From Candidatus Fimousia stercorigallinarum (GTDB lineage Bacteria; Bacillota; Clostridia; Lachnospirales; Lachnospiraceae), in NCBI GenBank assembly GCA_018715775.1, contig DVKZ01000002.1, positions 253-64,252 of the forward strand: a DNA stretch of 64,000 bases. The letters run 5' to 3'. The translations under genes and the position numbers were made by a program. Positions 9,526 to 19,617 of this stretch are shown piece by piece (positions within the stretch are counted from its first letter, which is position 1; every line of letters begins with the position of its first letter). The notes under the pieces are model-generated. The model did not search any database. It had not been told where the DNA came from and worked only from the letters and a program-made list of their open reading frames with translations.

Positions 9526-10383
9526 ATGTCAAAAAAATACCCAATTACTGTGAGTTCCTGGACATTAGGAGATCAGTGCAAATTTGAAGATCGTGTGAAA
9601 GCTGCAAAAGAAGCAGGTTATGAAGGAATCGGCCTTCGTGCAGAAACTTATGTAGATGCATTAAATGAAGGTTTATTCGATGAAGATATCCTTGCTATTT
9701 TAGATAAATACGATATGAAATGTACAGAAGTTGAATATATCGTTCAGTGGTGTGAAGAAAATCGTTCTTATGAACAGAAATATAAAGAGCAGATGTGCTT
9801 CCATATGTGTGAATTATTTGGCGTAAAACAGATCAACTGTGGTTTGATGGAAAACTACTCTGTAGAATATACAGCTCAGAAATTAAAAGAATTATGCCAC
9901 AGAGCTGGAAAGTACATCATCGGTGTAGAACCAATGCCATATAGTGGTATTCCTGATGTTGCAAAAGGATGGGCAGTTGTAGAAGCATCCGGATGTGACA
10001 ATGCAAAATTAATCTTAGATACATGGCACTGGATGAAAGCTCATCAGCCAATCGACTTAGAAGTATTAAAAGATGTACCGGCTGATAAGATCGTATCGAT
10101 TCAGATCAATGATGTTTGGGAACGTGACTATGCAAAATCAATCTTAAGAGATGAATCTATGCATGATCGTCTTGCTCCGGCTGCAGTACCTGGACCAGGA
10201 CTTGGATGTACAGCAGAATGGTTAAAGATGATCAAAGCAAAAGGAATTGAACCAAATGCTATTGGTGTTGAAGTTATCTCTGATGCTATTTTAGCAGAAG
10301 GTATCGAATCTGCAGCGAAAGTTACATTTGAAGGTGCAAAAGCTGCTTTAGCAGAAGCTTGGCCGGAAGTATTAGAGGACTAA
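9526..10383 (+). CDS. TIM-barrel sugar-phosphate isomerase family; resembles Listeria Lmo2234/QuiC2 dehydroshikimate dehydratase
   Basis: PITVSSWTLG, GIGLRAETYVDAL, EPMPYSG, DTWHW, ESMHDRLAP and GVEVISD match the Lmo2234 sequence as recalled. Confidence 0.75.
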   Translation: MSKKYPITVSSWTLGDQCKFEDRVKAAKEAGYEGIGLRAETYVDALNEGLFDEDILAILDKYDMKCTEVEYIVQWCEENRSYEQKYKEQMCFHMCELFGVKQINCGLMENYSVEYTAQKLKELCHRAGKYIIGVEPMPYSGIPDVAKGWAVVEASGCDNAKLILDTWHWMKAHQPIDLEVLKDVPADKIVSIQINDVWERDYAKSILRDESMHDRLAPAAVPGPGLGCTAEWLKMIKAKGIEPNAIGVEVISDAILAEGIESAAKVTFEGAKAALAEAWPEVLED

Positions 10384-10500
10384 GAAACAGAAACATATCT
10401 TAATGAAAACTCTCCTTATAAATTTATGAGGAACCCTGCACAATATAAAACATAAAATACCCTAAAAACCGAGAATTTGAAAGAAAAGGAAGTGTATCTA

Positions 10501-12471
10501 GTGAAATTTAACGCAATGTTTCAGCCAATCCAGATTGGACCGATGACTGTAAAGAACCGTTTTGTCGTGCCTCCGATGGGAAACAACTTTGCAAACACAG
10601 ATGGAACATGGAGTGACCAGTCAGTTGCTTACTATGGTGCAAGAGCAAAAGGTCAGTTCGGTTTGATCACGATTGAAGCAACCGTTGTCCATGAGGGAGC
10701 AAAAGGCGGTCCTCGTAAACCATGTTTATATAATGACGATTCTATTGAAAGTCTGGCAAAAATCTGTAATGCATGCCATGCAGAAGGAGCAAAAGTTTCT
10801 ATTCAGCTTCAGAATGCAGGTCCGGAAGGAAATGCAAAAAATGCAGGAGCTCCGATTGAAGCAGCAACTTCTATCGCATCTGCAGACGGAAGAGATATCC
10901 CGGTAGAAGTTCCGACAGAAAAAGTTTATGAATTAGTAAAAGGATACGGTCTTGCAGCAGAACGTGCAATGAAAGCAGGTGTAGATGCTGTTGAAATACA
11001 TATGGCGCATGGCTATTTAGTAAACTCTTTCATGTCTCCGAGAACAAACAAACGTGTTGATGAGTTTGGTGGTTCTTTTGAAAACAGAATGCGTTTCTCT
11101 AAATTGATCATTGATGAAGTAAAAGCAAAAACTCAGGGCAAAATCGCCGTTTTAGCACGTATCAATTCTCAGGAAGATATGTTCGGAGGCCTTGACAACC
11201 ATGATATGTGCGCGATCGCTGCTTACTTAGAAGCATGTGGAATCGATGGATTACACGTATCCCGTGCCGTTCATATTAAAGATGAATATATGTGGGCACC
11301 GACCGGTATCCACGGCGGTTTCTCCGCAGAATTAGTGGACAATATTAAGAAAAATGTAACCATTCCTGTTATTACGGTTGGCCGTTATACAGAACCGCAG
11401 TTTGCAGAACAGATGGTCAAATTAGGAAAAGCCGATCTCGTTGCTTTTGGACGTCAGTCTCTGGCAGATCCTGCTATGCCTTTAAAAGCACAGGAAGAAA
11501 GACTGGAAGATATGACACCATGTATTGCATGTTTACAGGGCTGCGTTGCAAATATGTATCAGGGACAGCCGATCCGCTGCCTGACAAATCCACAGCTCGG
11601 ATATGAATTAGAAGGTATCCCTGCAGCTGAAAAATCGAAAAAAGTATATGTTATCGGCGGCGGTGTTGCCGGTATGTGCGCAGCTTATGTTGCAAAACTT
11701 CGCGGTCATGATGTTACATTATTTGAAGCTACCAATAAATTAGGTGGAAACATGAGATTAGCTGCTTATCCTCCGGGAAAAGGCGACATTACAAACATGA
11801 TCAGAAGCTACATTGTAAAATGCGAAAAAGCAGGCGTTTCGATTAAAATGAATACAAAAGTAACCGCTGAGATGATCAAAGAAGATGCACCGGATGCAGT
11901 GATCCTTGCAACCGGTTCCGAAACTCTGATCCTGCCATTTATCAAAGGTATTACAAATCCAGATATCGTACACGGCGTTGATTGTCTGGAAGGTACCCGT
12001 GCGATTGGCCATAAAGTGTTAGTTGTCGGCGGCGGTATGGTTGGTGCTGAGACAGCAGAATTCCTTGCAGAACAGGGTCATAAAGTATCCGTTATCGAGA
12101 TGAGAGATGAAATCGGTCCGGATGTAATCCATGAACATAGAGTATTCTTAATGAAAGCATTTGAAGAATATCATATTGAACAGATTACAAGTGCGGCTGT
12201 ATGCGAAATCTTCTCTGACGGCGTAAATTATAAGAACGCAGCAGATAAATCGGATGAAACGATTTATGAAGCCAGAGGATTTGACACGGTTGTATTATCA
12301 ATGGGATTCAGCTCCCGTTATACACATCGCGAAGGCCAGGATGTGATCTATGATTTCGCTAATGAACTGAAAGAAATCGTTCCGGAAGTTCATGTAGTCG
12401 GAGATGCTGTAAGAGCCCGCAGAGCTTTAGAAGCAACAAGAGAAGCTTATGATGCTGCAATGCAGTTATAA
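10501..12471 (+). CDS. NADH:flavin oxidoreductase (Old Yellow Enzyme barrel + 4Fe-4S + FAD; BaiCD/DCR-like architecture)
   Basis: KNRFVVPPM, EIHMAHGYL, CIACLQGC...C cluster motif and two GxGxxG motifs; GTG start after AAGGAAG. Confidence 0.92.
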   Translation: MKFNAMFQPIQIGPMTVKNRFVVPPMGNNFANTDGTWSDQSVAYYGARAKGQFGLITIEATVVHEGAKGGPRKPCLYNDDSIESLAKICNACHAEGAKVSIQLQNAGPEGNAKNAGAPIEAATSIASADGRDIPVEVPTEKVYELVKGYGLAAERAMKAGVDAVEIHMAHGYLVNSFMSPRTNKRVDEFGGSFENRMRFSKLIIDEVKAKTQGKIAVLARINSQEDMFGGLDNHDMCAIAAYLEACGIDGLHVSRAVHIKDEYMWAPTGIHGGFSAELVDNIKKNVTIPVITVGRYTEPQFAEQMVKLGKADLVAFGRQSLADPAMPLKAQEERLEDMTPCIACLQGCVANMYQGQPIRCLTNPQLGYELEGIPAAEKSKKVYVIGGGVAGMCAAYVAKLRGHDVTLFEATNKLGGNMRLAAYPPGKGDITNMIRSYIVKCEKAGVSIKMNTKVTAEMIKEDAPDAVILATGSETLILPFIKGITNPDIVHGVDCLEGTRAIGHKVLVVGGGMVGAETAEFLAEQGHKVSVIEMRDEIGPDVIHEHRVFLMKAFEEYHIEQITSAAVCEIFSDGVNYKNAADKSDETIYEARGFDTVVLSMGFSSRYTHREGQDVIYDFANELKEIVPEVHVVGDAVRARRALEATREAYDAAMQL

Positions 12472-12601
12472 AAAAGGTAAAACGATTAACAATATAAAAC
12501 GACTAATATAAAACACTGATAGATGATGGGACTGGCGAAAGATCAAACCGGTCCCGTCATGTACACAATAAGAGCTTTTTCATATTTTTGGAGGAAGTAA
12601 A

Positions 12602-13480
12602 ATGGAAAAAAGAATTGACGGACATACTGGTCTTTTAGCACTTTTTGGAACACCAGTCGGACATTCCGGTTCACCGGCAATGTATAACTTCTGTTTCCAG
12701 CATGATGGATTAAATCTGGCATATATGGCATTTGATGTTGATATTCCGGATATGGAACAGACATTAAGCACTGTAAAATTATGGAACTTGCGTGGCGGTA
12801 ACTTTACAATGCCTTGCAAAAATATCGCAGCTGAATTAATGGATGAATTATCCGATGCATCTAAGATTATCGGTGCCTGCAATGTATTTGTTAACAAAGA
12901 CGGCAAATTATACGGCGATGTTACAGATGGAAAAGGATTTATCAAAAACTTAAGCGTGAATGGCATTGAGATCAAAGGAAAGAAACTGGTTGTACTTGGT
13001 GCAGGCGGAGCCGCTACTGCGATCGAAGTTCAGGCTGCCTTAGATGGAGCTGCTGAAATCGCAATCTTCAACCGTGATGATGAATTTTATGCAAGAGCTG
13101 AAGGAACGGTTGAAAAATTAAAGAAAGAAACGCCGGATGTGAAAGTATCCGTTACAAAATTAGAAGAATCTGATAAATTAGCAGAGGCAGTAAACAACTG
13201 CGATATCCTGATCAATGCAACTTCTGTTGGAATGAAACCGATGGATGGACAGTCTCTGATCGACACATCTTTATTAAGAAAAGATTTAGTTGTTGCAGAT
13301 ACGGTTTATAATCCGGAAAAAACACAGCTGATCCTGGATGCAGAAGAGGCTGGATGTGCTGCTGCGATCGGCGGAAAAGGCATGCTGTTATGGCAGGGCG
13401 CTTTAAACTATGAATTGTTCGTTGGAAAAGAAATGCCGGTAGAAGAATATCAGGCATTCCAGGCTGAACAGGCAAAATAA
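12602..13480 (+). CDS. Shikimate/quinate dehydrogenase (YdiB/AroE family)
   Basis: GTPVGHSGSPAMYN, NFTMPCK, TDGKG, GAGGAA, IFNRDD, NATSVGM, GMLLWQGA. Confidence 0.92.
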   Translation: MEKRIDGHTGLLALFGTPVGHSGSPAMYNFCFQHDGLNLAYMAFDVDIPDMEQTLSTVKLWNLRGGNFTMPCKNIAAELMDELSDASKIIGACNVFVNKDGKLYGDVTDGKGFIKNLSVNGIEIKGKKLVVLGAGGAATAIEVQAALDGAAEIAIFNRDDEFYARAEGTVEKLKKETPDVKVSVTKLEESDKLAEAVNNCDILINATSVGMKPMDGQSLIDTSLLRKDLVVADTVYNPEKTQLILDAEEAGCAAAIGGKGMLLWQGALNYELFVGKEMPVEEYQAFQAEQAK

Positions 13481-13604
13481 TCTTGTTAAATCGTATGAGG
13501 GCAGGGGATTCTCTGCACTCATACTGTTATGAAATAATAAGTTAAGAAGTTAACATTCAATGGTATCAACTTGAAGAATTAGAAAAGAGGAGAAATTAAA
13601 AAAA

Positions 13605-14894
13605 ATGAAAGCGAAAAAATATTTCTTGTCCATGGTGACAGTATATATGGCGTATCTGACACATGGTATGCAGGCGTTGATCTTTTCTCAGAACCAGGTA
13701 AACTTCGCTATTAAGTGGGGATTTGATATGTCTGATCCTACTTCTGCTGCATATTCCGCAGGTGTTGCTGCTGTTTCTACAGCAATTGCATGGACTGGTT
13801 TTGGTAAGTTTATTTCTGTATGGATCGGTGGAGAAATCTCTGACCGTGTCGGCCGTAAAAAATTAATGATTGGCGGAGCTGTTTTATACATCATCTGTTT
13901 TGCAGGTATGTTTACAACATCAAATGCTACACTTGCAGCATTTTTAGGTTTATTAGCTGGTGTTGCTACTTCCGGTTTCTGGGATGCATCCGGTTATCCG
14001 GCTGTACAGGAAGCTTATACAGCAGCTCCGGGTACTGCTCTGATCATGATCAAGTTCTTCGTTGCATTGTCAAGTATCTTCTATCCGCTGATCTGCGTAC
14101 AGACAGCTGCAGCAGGCAACTGGGAAGTTAACATTATCATTCCATTGGCATTATCTGTTGTTGTATTAGTATTAGCGGTACTTTCACCTTTTGCATATGA
14201 TGATGAAAAGAAAGCAGGAACAGTGGGCGGCGCAGATACGAATGCGATCGAAGCTGAAATTCAGGCAGCAAAAGAACGTCAGTTAGTTGCTCCTGGCGCA
14301 TTTACAAAATTCATTACATATTTCTATGCATTCTTAGTAATGGCTGTTATGTATGGTGCTCAGCAGTATACAAAAGCATTTGGTTCCGCATATTGTGGAT
14401 TAAGTGAAATGCAGGCTGCTTCCATGACAACATTATACCAGGTTGGATCGATCGTAGCTGTAGCATTCTGGGCGGTTATGATGAGTAAATTAAAATGGCA
14501 TCCGTTAAAAGTATTAATCGTAGACTCTGTAATGACAGCAGCTGCATTATTAGTTGTATTATTAGTTCATCAGGTTGCTATTATCTATGTTGCAATTCTG
14601 GTATTAGGTTTTGGCTGTGCCGGCGGTGCTCTTCAGACAGGTCTTTCGGTTGTTCAGGAATTTGTTCCGGGACCGAAAGGACGTAACACCGGTATTTACT
14701 ATACTTTTATGGGACTTGCTTCCTATTCATTGCCAGTAGTAGTTGCTAGATTAACAATTATGTCTGGTGAATCCGCAGCTGTATATTCCTGTATGATGTT
14801 AATGCTTGTATTAGCAGTTATCCAGGCAGTAGCTACTGTTTACTTAATTGTAAGATACAAAAAAGTATTTGGTAAGAGCCCATTAGCTCAGTAA
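13605..14894 (+). CDS. MFS transporter
   Basis: About 12 hydrophobic segments; motif A GEISDRVGRKK. Confidence 0.9.
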   Translation: MKAKKYFLSMVTVYMAYLTHGMQALIFSQNQVNFAIKWGFDMSDPTSAAYSAGVAAVSTAIAWTGFGKFISVWIGGEISDRVGRKKLMIGGAVLYIICFAGMFTTSNATLAAFLGLLAGVATSGFWDASGYPAVQEAYTAAPGTALIMIKFFVALSSIFYPLICVQTAAAGNWEVNIIIPLALSVVVLVLAVLSPFAYDDEKKAGTVGGADTNAIEAEIQAAKERQLVAPGAFTKFITYFYAFLVMAVMYGAQQYTKAFGSAYCGLSEMQAASMTTLYQVGSIVAVAFWAVMMSKLKWHPLKVLIVDSVMTAAALLVVLLVHQVAIIYVAILVLGFGCAGGALQTGLSVVQEFVPGPKGRNTGIYYTFMGLASYSLPVVVARLTIMSGESAAVYSCMMLMLVLAVIQAVATVYLIVRYKKVFGKSPLAQ

Positions 14895-14948
14895 TTTATA
14901 AATAGTTTTAAAAAGCATTTTATAATTCTTAACTTATTTCATATCCTG

Positions 14949-14999
14949 GAGGGTATCGTGAGATCATCAGATTCGGTGATGGAGCGGTACCCTCTTTTT
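14949..14999 (+). terminator. Terminator after the MFS gene (copy 2 of the repeated motif)
   Basis: GAGGGTATCG...CGGTACCCTC stem followed by TTTTT. Confidence 0.75.
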
Positions 15000-15165
15000 A
15001 TTTTGTGAAAGTATGATTCCTATTCAAAATAGTTAATGCCTAAATGAAAATGGCTTTTTCGATAAAGTGGGAATAACAGGTGACTTATCGATTTTTTTAT
15101 GATATAATGCAAACGAATTGCCGGATTTTTTCGGTAAAAACTGAAAGATATGGAGGCATAAAAAG

Positions 15166-15531
15166 ATGCTTGAATGTATCGCAGTTGGGGTTGGCGGCTT
15201 TATCGGGTCGATATGCAGATATTTGATCGGACTCATTCCGTTAAAAGAAGGATATGTTTTTCCTGTGAAGACATTTGTGATCAATCTGTGCGGTTCCTTT
15301 CTGATTGGAATGATTGTGGCATTGGCTGCAAAGCATGATTCGCTGAGCCCAAAACTGATCTTGTTTTTAAAAGCCGGAGTCTGCGGTGGATTTACAACAT
15401 TTTCATCCTTTGCTCTGGAAACAGGGGATCTGCTGAAACAGGGAAATATTGTAACTGCAGTAGTATATGCCGTTCTGAGTATGGTGATCGGCGTGCTTGC
15501 TGTATTCGCAGGACAGGAAATCATTCGATAA
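15166..15531 (+). CDS. crcB: Fluoride channel Fluc/CrcB
   Basis: GGFIGSICRY, NLCGSF and GGFTTFSSF motifs. Confidence 0.93.
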   Translation: MLECIAVGVGGFIGSICRYLIGLIPLKEGYVFPVKTFVINLCGSFLIGMIVALAAKHDSLSPKLILFLKAGVCGGFTTFSSFALETGDLLKQGNIVTAVVYAVLSMVIGVLAVFAGQEIIR

Positions 15532-15551
15532 AAATAATACAGGAGAATACG

Positions 15552-16061
15552 ATGGAAGATATATTAAGAGTTGGTGTGATCACAACAACGCATGGGCTGC
15601 GTGGAGAAGTAAAGGTATTTCCGACGACCGATGACCCGAAGCGTTTTAAAAAATTAAAAGAAGTATTGCTGGATACTGGAAAAGAACGGAGAAAACTTCA
15701 GGTTGAATCCGTTCGATTTCAGAAAAATCTCGTGATTTTAAAATTTAAAGAGTTTGATAGTATTAATGATGTAGAACAATATAAAAAATGCGATCTATAC
15801 GTATCCAGGAAAAATGCGGTGAAATTGGAAGAAAATGAAAATTTTATTGTTGATCTGATTGGCATGCATGTCGTTTTAGAAGATGGGACGGAATTTGGCA
15901 TCATGAAAGATGTACTGCAAACTGGTGCAAATGATGTTTATATTGTAGAAATGCTCGATGGCAGAGAGGTACTGCTCCCGGCAATTCCAGAATGTATTCT
16001 GGATGTGGATCTGGATTCTGAGACGATGACGATACATTTAATGAAAGGACTGTTGGATTAA
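15552..16061 (+). CDS. rimM: 16S rRNA processing protein RimM
   Basis: HGLRGEVKV, TGANDVY; lies before trmD. Confidence 0.95.
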   Translation: MEDILRVGVITTTHGLRGEVKVFPTTDDPKRFKKLKEVLLDTGKERRKLQVESVRFQKNLVILKFKEFDSINDVEQYKKCDLYVSRKNAVKLEENENFIVDLIGMHVVLEDGTEFGIMKDVLQTGANDVYIVEMLDGREVLLPAIPECILDVDLDSETMTIHLMKGLLD

Positions 16062-16062
16062 G

Positions 16063-16773
16063 ATGAATTTTCATGTATGTACGCTGTTTCCGGACATGAT
16101 CCGGCAGGGATGTGAGACAAGTATTCTCGGCCGAGCGGCGGAACATGGTCTGATTACGGTAGAAACGACAGATATCCGAGATTTTTCTACGAATAAACAC
16201 AAGAAAGTAGATGATTATCCATACGGCGGAGGAGCAGGCATGGTCATGCAGGCGGAACCGGTCTATGCGGCCTGTCAGCATGCAAAAGAAAAGCTTGGCA
16301 GCAATACGAGAGTTATTTATTTGACTCCGCAGGGGAATGTCTTTTCTCAGGAAATGGCAGAGGACTTTGCAAAAGAAGAGAGCCTTATCTTTTTATGCGG
16401 TCATTATGAAGGCATTGATGAGCGCGTGCTCGAAGAAGTGGTTACAGATTATGTATCGATTGGCGATTATGTGCTGACTGGCGGTGAACTGCCTGCCATG
16501 GTTATGATCGATGCGATCGCCCGACTCGTTCCGGGCGTATTAAATAACAATATATCGGCGGATATAGAGTCCTTTCATGATAATTTGCTCGAATATCCGC
16601 AGTATACGCGCCCACCGGTCTGGCATGAAAAAGTGGTACCGCCGGTACTGTTATCCGGTCACCATGCCAGGATTGAGGAGTGGCGTTATGAACGGTCTGT
16701 TGAACGAACAGCGAAATGGCGTCCTGACCTTTTGGAAAAACATAAAAAGAGTAAAGAAATCTCAGAAAAATAA
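16063..16773 (+). CDS. trmD: tRNA (guanine37-N1)-methyltransferase
   Basis: [33 protein letters not shown]. Confidence 0.97.
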   Translation: MNFHVCTLFPDMIRQGCETSILGRAAEHGLITVETTDIRDFSTNKHKKVDDYPYGGGAGMVMQAEPVYAACQHAKEKLGSNTRVIYLTPQGNVFSQEMAEDFAKEESLIFLCGHYEGIDERVLEEVVTDYVSIGDYVLTGGELPAMVMIDAIARLVPGVLNNNISADIESFHDNLLEYPQYTRPPVWHEKVVPPVLLSGHHARIEEWRYERSVERTAKWRPDLLEKHKKSKEISEK

Positions 16774-16832
16774 AGAAAACTGCTTGCATTGAAAAACGTT
16801 CTATGCTATTATGTGATAGTTGTGAACAATAT

Positions 16833-16871
16833 GGATGGTCCTCTGTTACGGAAGAAGTATTAAGAACATCT
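16833..16871 (+). promoter_or_regulatory. Ribosomal protein L19 leader (putative)
   Basis: GATGGTCCTCTG...AAGAACATC directly upstream of the rplS RBS resembles the Firmicute L19 leader; TTGAAA/TATTAT promoter upstream. Confidence 0.65.
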
Positions 16872-16892
16872 AAGATTTTAAGGAGGAACACA

Positions 16893-17240
16893 ATGAACGA
16901 TATTATTAAACAGATTGAAAATGCTCAGTTAAAAGAAAACATCACAGACTTCAGAGTTGGTGATACAGTAAGAGTCCATGCAAAAGTAAAAGAAGGAAAC
17001 CGTGAAAGAATCCAGGTTTTTGAAGGAACTGTTATTAAGAGACAGAACGGTGGAGCTCGTGAAACATTTACTGTTAGAAAAACTTCTAATGGCGTAGGTG
17101 TTGAAAAAACATGGCCATTACATTCTCCAATCATCGACAAGATTGAAGTAACAAGAAGAGGTAAAGTTCGCAGAGCGAAATTATATTACTTACGTGATCG
17201 TGTAGGTAAGAGAGCAAAAGTTAAAGAGTTAGTAAAATAA
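16893..17240 (+). CDS. rplS: 50S ribosomal protein L19
   Basis: [34 protein letters not shown]. Confidence 0.98.
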   Translation: MNDIIKQIENAQLKENITDFRVGDTVRVHAKVKEGNRERIQVFEGTVIKRQNGGARETFTVRKTSNGVGVEKTWPLHSPIIDKIEVTRRGKVRRAKLYYLRDRVGKRAKVKELVK

Positions 17241-17254
17241 TGACAGAACTTTTT

Positions 17255-17289
17255 CAGGGACAGGTGAATAACGCTTGTCCCTGTTTTGC
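17255..17289 (+). terminator. Terminator after rplS
   Basis: CAGGGACAGG...CTTGTCCCTG followed by TTTT. Confidence 0.75.
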
Positions 17290-17349
17290 TAATATCGGAA
17301 AACGTTCAATGCGTGAATTTGTCTTAGTGAGGTACAAGGAGAGATCGAC

Positions 17350-17907
17350 ATGCAGTCATATTATACAAAAACAACATTTACCAATACGTCTTTAGTTAGA
17401 AAGAAAAAAAGACAGCTGCGGGAGAGGATTATTTTTTATATTGCAGGTATTGTGATCTCAATTATTGCAGCGTTCTTTTTAACCCGCTTTTGCGCCTTCG
17501 GGATCACGATGCACGGCGATTCGATGAGACCTGCCATAGATGACGGTCAGTTCTGTATTGCCAGCCGGTTAAGTTATAAAATCGGGTCTCCAAAACAGAA
17601 TGATATTGTTGTATTCCGAACAGGGAATGAAAGCAGTTCCTACTATATAAAAAGGGTGATCGGTGTACCGGGTGATACGGTACAGATCGCAGATGGAAAG
17701 ATCCTGGTGAATGGAGAAGAGATCGAGAAGCAGGGATCAGAAGAGATTTTATCCGGCGGACTCGCAAGCAGCGAGATCACACTGGGCGACAATCAGTATT
17801 TTGTACTGGGAGATAATTATAATAACAGTGAGGACTCTCGTGTTTCCAGTATTGGGAATATTAAGAAAGAAAATATTATCGGAAAAATTAAACTGCGGCT
17901 TTGGTAA
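17350..17907 (+). CDS. lepB: Signal peptidase I
   Basis: One TM segment, GDSM (Ser), IKRVIG (Lys), GDN...SEDSR. Confidence 0.92.
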   Translation: MQSYYTKTTFTNTSLVRKKKRQLRERIIFYIAGIVISIIAAFFLTRFCAFGITMHGDSMRPAIDDGQFCIASRLSYKIGSPKQNDIVVFRTGNESSSYYIKRVIGVPGDTVQIADGKILVNGEEIEKQGSEEILSGGLASSEITLGDNQYFVLGDNYNNSEDSRVSSIGNIKKENIIGKIKLRLW

Positions 17908-17930
17908 TAAAAGGAAAAGGAGAACAAAAT

Positions 17931-18785
17931 ATGAATTTTCAATGGTATCCGGGTCATATGACGAAAGCAAAGCGTATGATGCAGGAAAATATAAAGTTGA
18001 TCGATATTGTCGTGGAACTGGTAGATGCGAGAGTGCCGCTCAGCAGCAAAAACCCTGATATTGATGAACTGGCAAAAAATAAATACCGTTTGATCTTACT
18101 AAATAAAACCGACCTTGCCGACCGCGAGCAGACGGATCGCTGGGAGGCATACTTTAAAAAACAGGGATTTGCTGTTGCGAAAGTAAATTCACAGAGGGGA
18201 ACCGGTGTAAAAGCGGTGAGCGGAGTGATTCAGGAAGCATGCAAAGAAAAGATAGAAAGGGACCACAGACGTGGCATTAAAAACCGACCGATCCGCGCGA
18301 TGATCGTTGGAATTCCCAATGTTGGAAAATCAACGTTTATTAACAGCTTTGCCGGCAAGGCATGTACAAAGACCGGTAATAAGCCGGGAGTGACCAAGGG
18401 AAAACAGTGGATCAAGCTGAATAAAAATATTGAACTTTTGGATACACCGGGAATTTTGTGGCCTAAATTTGAAGACCAGATCGTCGGACTGCGGCTTGCG
18501 CTGATCGGTTCGATCAAAGATGAGATTGTAAACCGGTCCGAATTGGCTATCGAGCTCATTTCATTTTTACAGGAGAACTATCCGGGCCTGTTAAAGAAAC
18601 GATATGGCGTGAAAGAAGAGGCAGACCGTGTGGATGTCCTGATGGAAATCGCAAAAAACCGCAAATGTCTTGCGAAAGGCGGAGAATATGATCTTGAAAA
18701 GGCGTCTATCTTATTGTTAGATGAATTTAGAAGTGGTAAAATAGGATATATCACTTTAGAATTTCCGGAAGATTCAGATTCTTAG
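17931..18785 (+). CDS. ylqF: Ribosome biogenesis GTPase YlqF/RbgA
   Basis: QWYPGHM, NKTD, GIPNVGKST, DTPG. Confidence 0.96.
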   Translation: MNFQWYPGHMTKAKRMMQENIKLIDIVVELVDARVPLSSKNPDIDELAKNKYRLILLNKTDLADREQTDRWEAYFKKQGFAVAKVNSQRGTGVKAVSGVIQEACKEKIERDHRRGIKNRPIRAMIVGIPNVGKSTFINSFAGKACTKTGNKPGVTKGKQWIKLNKNIELLDTPGILWPKFEDQIVGLRLALIGSIKDEIVNRSELAIELISFLQENYPGLLKKRYGVKEEADRVDVLMEIAKNRKCLAKGGEYDLEKASILLLDEFRSGKIGYITLEFPEDSDS

Positions 18786-18849
18786 GTAAAAACTTAAGAA
18801 TCTTTCTTTTTACATAAATGAAAGAATCACCTGTACGGAGGTATCGTAA

Positions 18850-19617
18850 ATGGCACAAAAAATTGGAGAGATTAAGGAAAGACTCAAGCTGGCATTGGAA
18901 GATGGGAATTATGCCCTTGCGGACGAGTACCGGCAGGATACGCGTATCGGTGTGAAAAAAGCGCTGGAGTCTTTTGATAAGAAGATAGAAAAACTGGAAC
19001 AGGAAAGACAGCGGATCAAAAAGATGTGCAGGTATGAAGAAGAATATGCTATGTGTGAATATATTTGTGGAATCGATGAAGTCGGCCGTGGACCGCTGGC
19101 AGGCCCTGTTGTAGCAGCAGCTGTGGTTCTGCCGAAAGACTGCGAGATTTTATATATAAATGATTCTAAAAAGCTTAGTGCAAAGCGAAGAGAAGAGTTG
19201 TATATTGAAATCCGGGAAAAGGCGGTTTCCATTGGCATCGGTATCGTTTCCGCTGAGATCATTGACGAGAAGAATATCCTGCAGGCTACCTATGATGCGA
19301 TGCGGGATGCGATCGGGAAACTGACGGTACGGCCGGATCTGTTGTTAAACGATGCAGTACATATTCCGGGAGTTGATATTCCGCAGATTCCGATCATTAA
19401 AGGGGATGCCAAAAGTATTTCCATTGCTGCGGCAAGTATCGTTGCAAAGGTAACGAGAGATCATATGATGAAAGAATTTGAAGATATTTATCCGGGATAT
19501 GATTTTGCCGGCAACAAAGGATATGGAACACAAAAACACATTGCAAGGATCAGAGAGATCGGCCTGTGTCCAATTCATAGAAGAACATTTGTAAAAAACT
19601 TTATCAATGAGGAATAG
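18850..19617 (+). CDS. rnhB: Ribonuclease HII
   Basis: GIDEVGRGPLAGP, DSKKL, IAAASIVAKV. Confidence 0.96.
   Translation: MAQKIGEIKERLKLALEDGNYALADEYRQDTRIGVKKALESFDKKIEKLEQERQRIKKMCRYEEEYAMCEYICGIDEVGRGPLAGPVVAAAVVLPKDCEILYINDSKKLSAKRREELYIEIREKAVSIGIGIVSAEIIDEKNILQATYDAMRDAIGKLTVRPDLLLNDAVHIPGVDIPQIPIIKGDAKSISIAAASIVAKVTRDHMMKEFEDIYPGYDFAGNKGYGTQKHIARIREIGLCPIHRRTFVKNFINEE

Noticed and set aside
10501..12471. Bile-acid bai operon (BaiCD/BaiH-like enzyme)
   Set aside because: Only the architecture is shared. The neighbours point to shikimate/quinate, and no other bai genes are present.
14975..15023. Fluoride riboswitch-like words upstream of crcB (GGTGATGGAG...ATGATTCCTA)
   Set aside because: The 5' part belongs to the hairpin also found after ppdK, the central stem is not evident, and a likely promoter lies between it and crcB. 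An Infernal scan with the crcB model would settle it.
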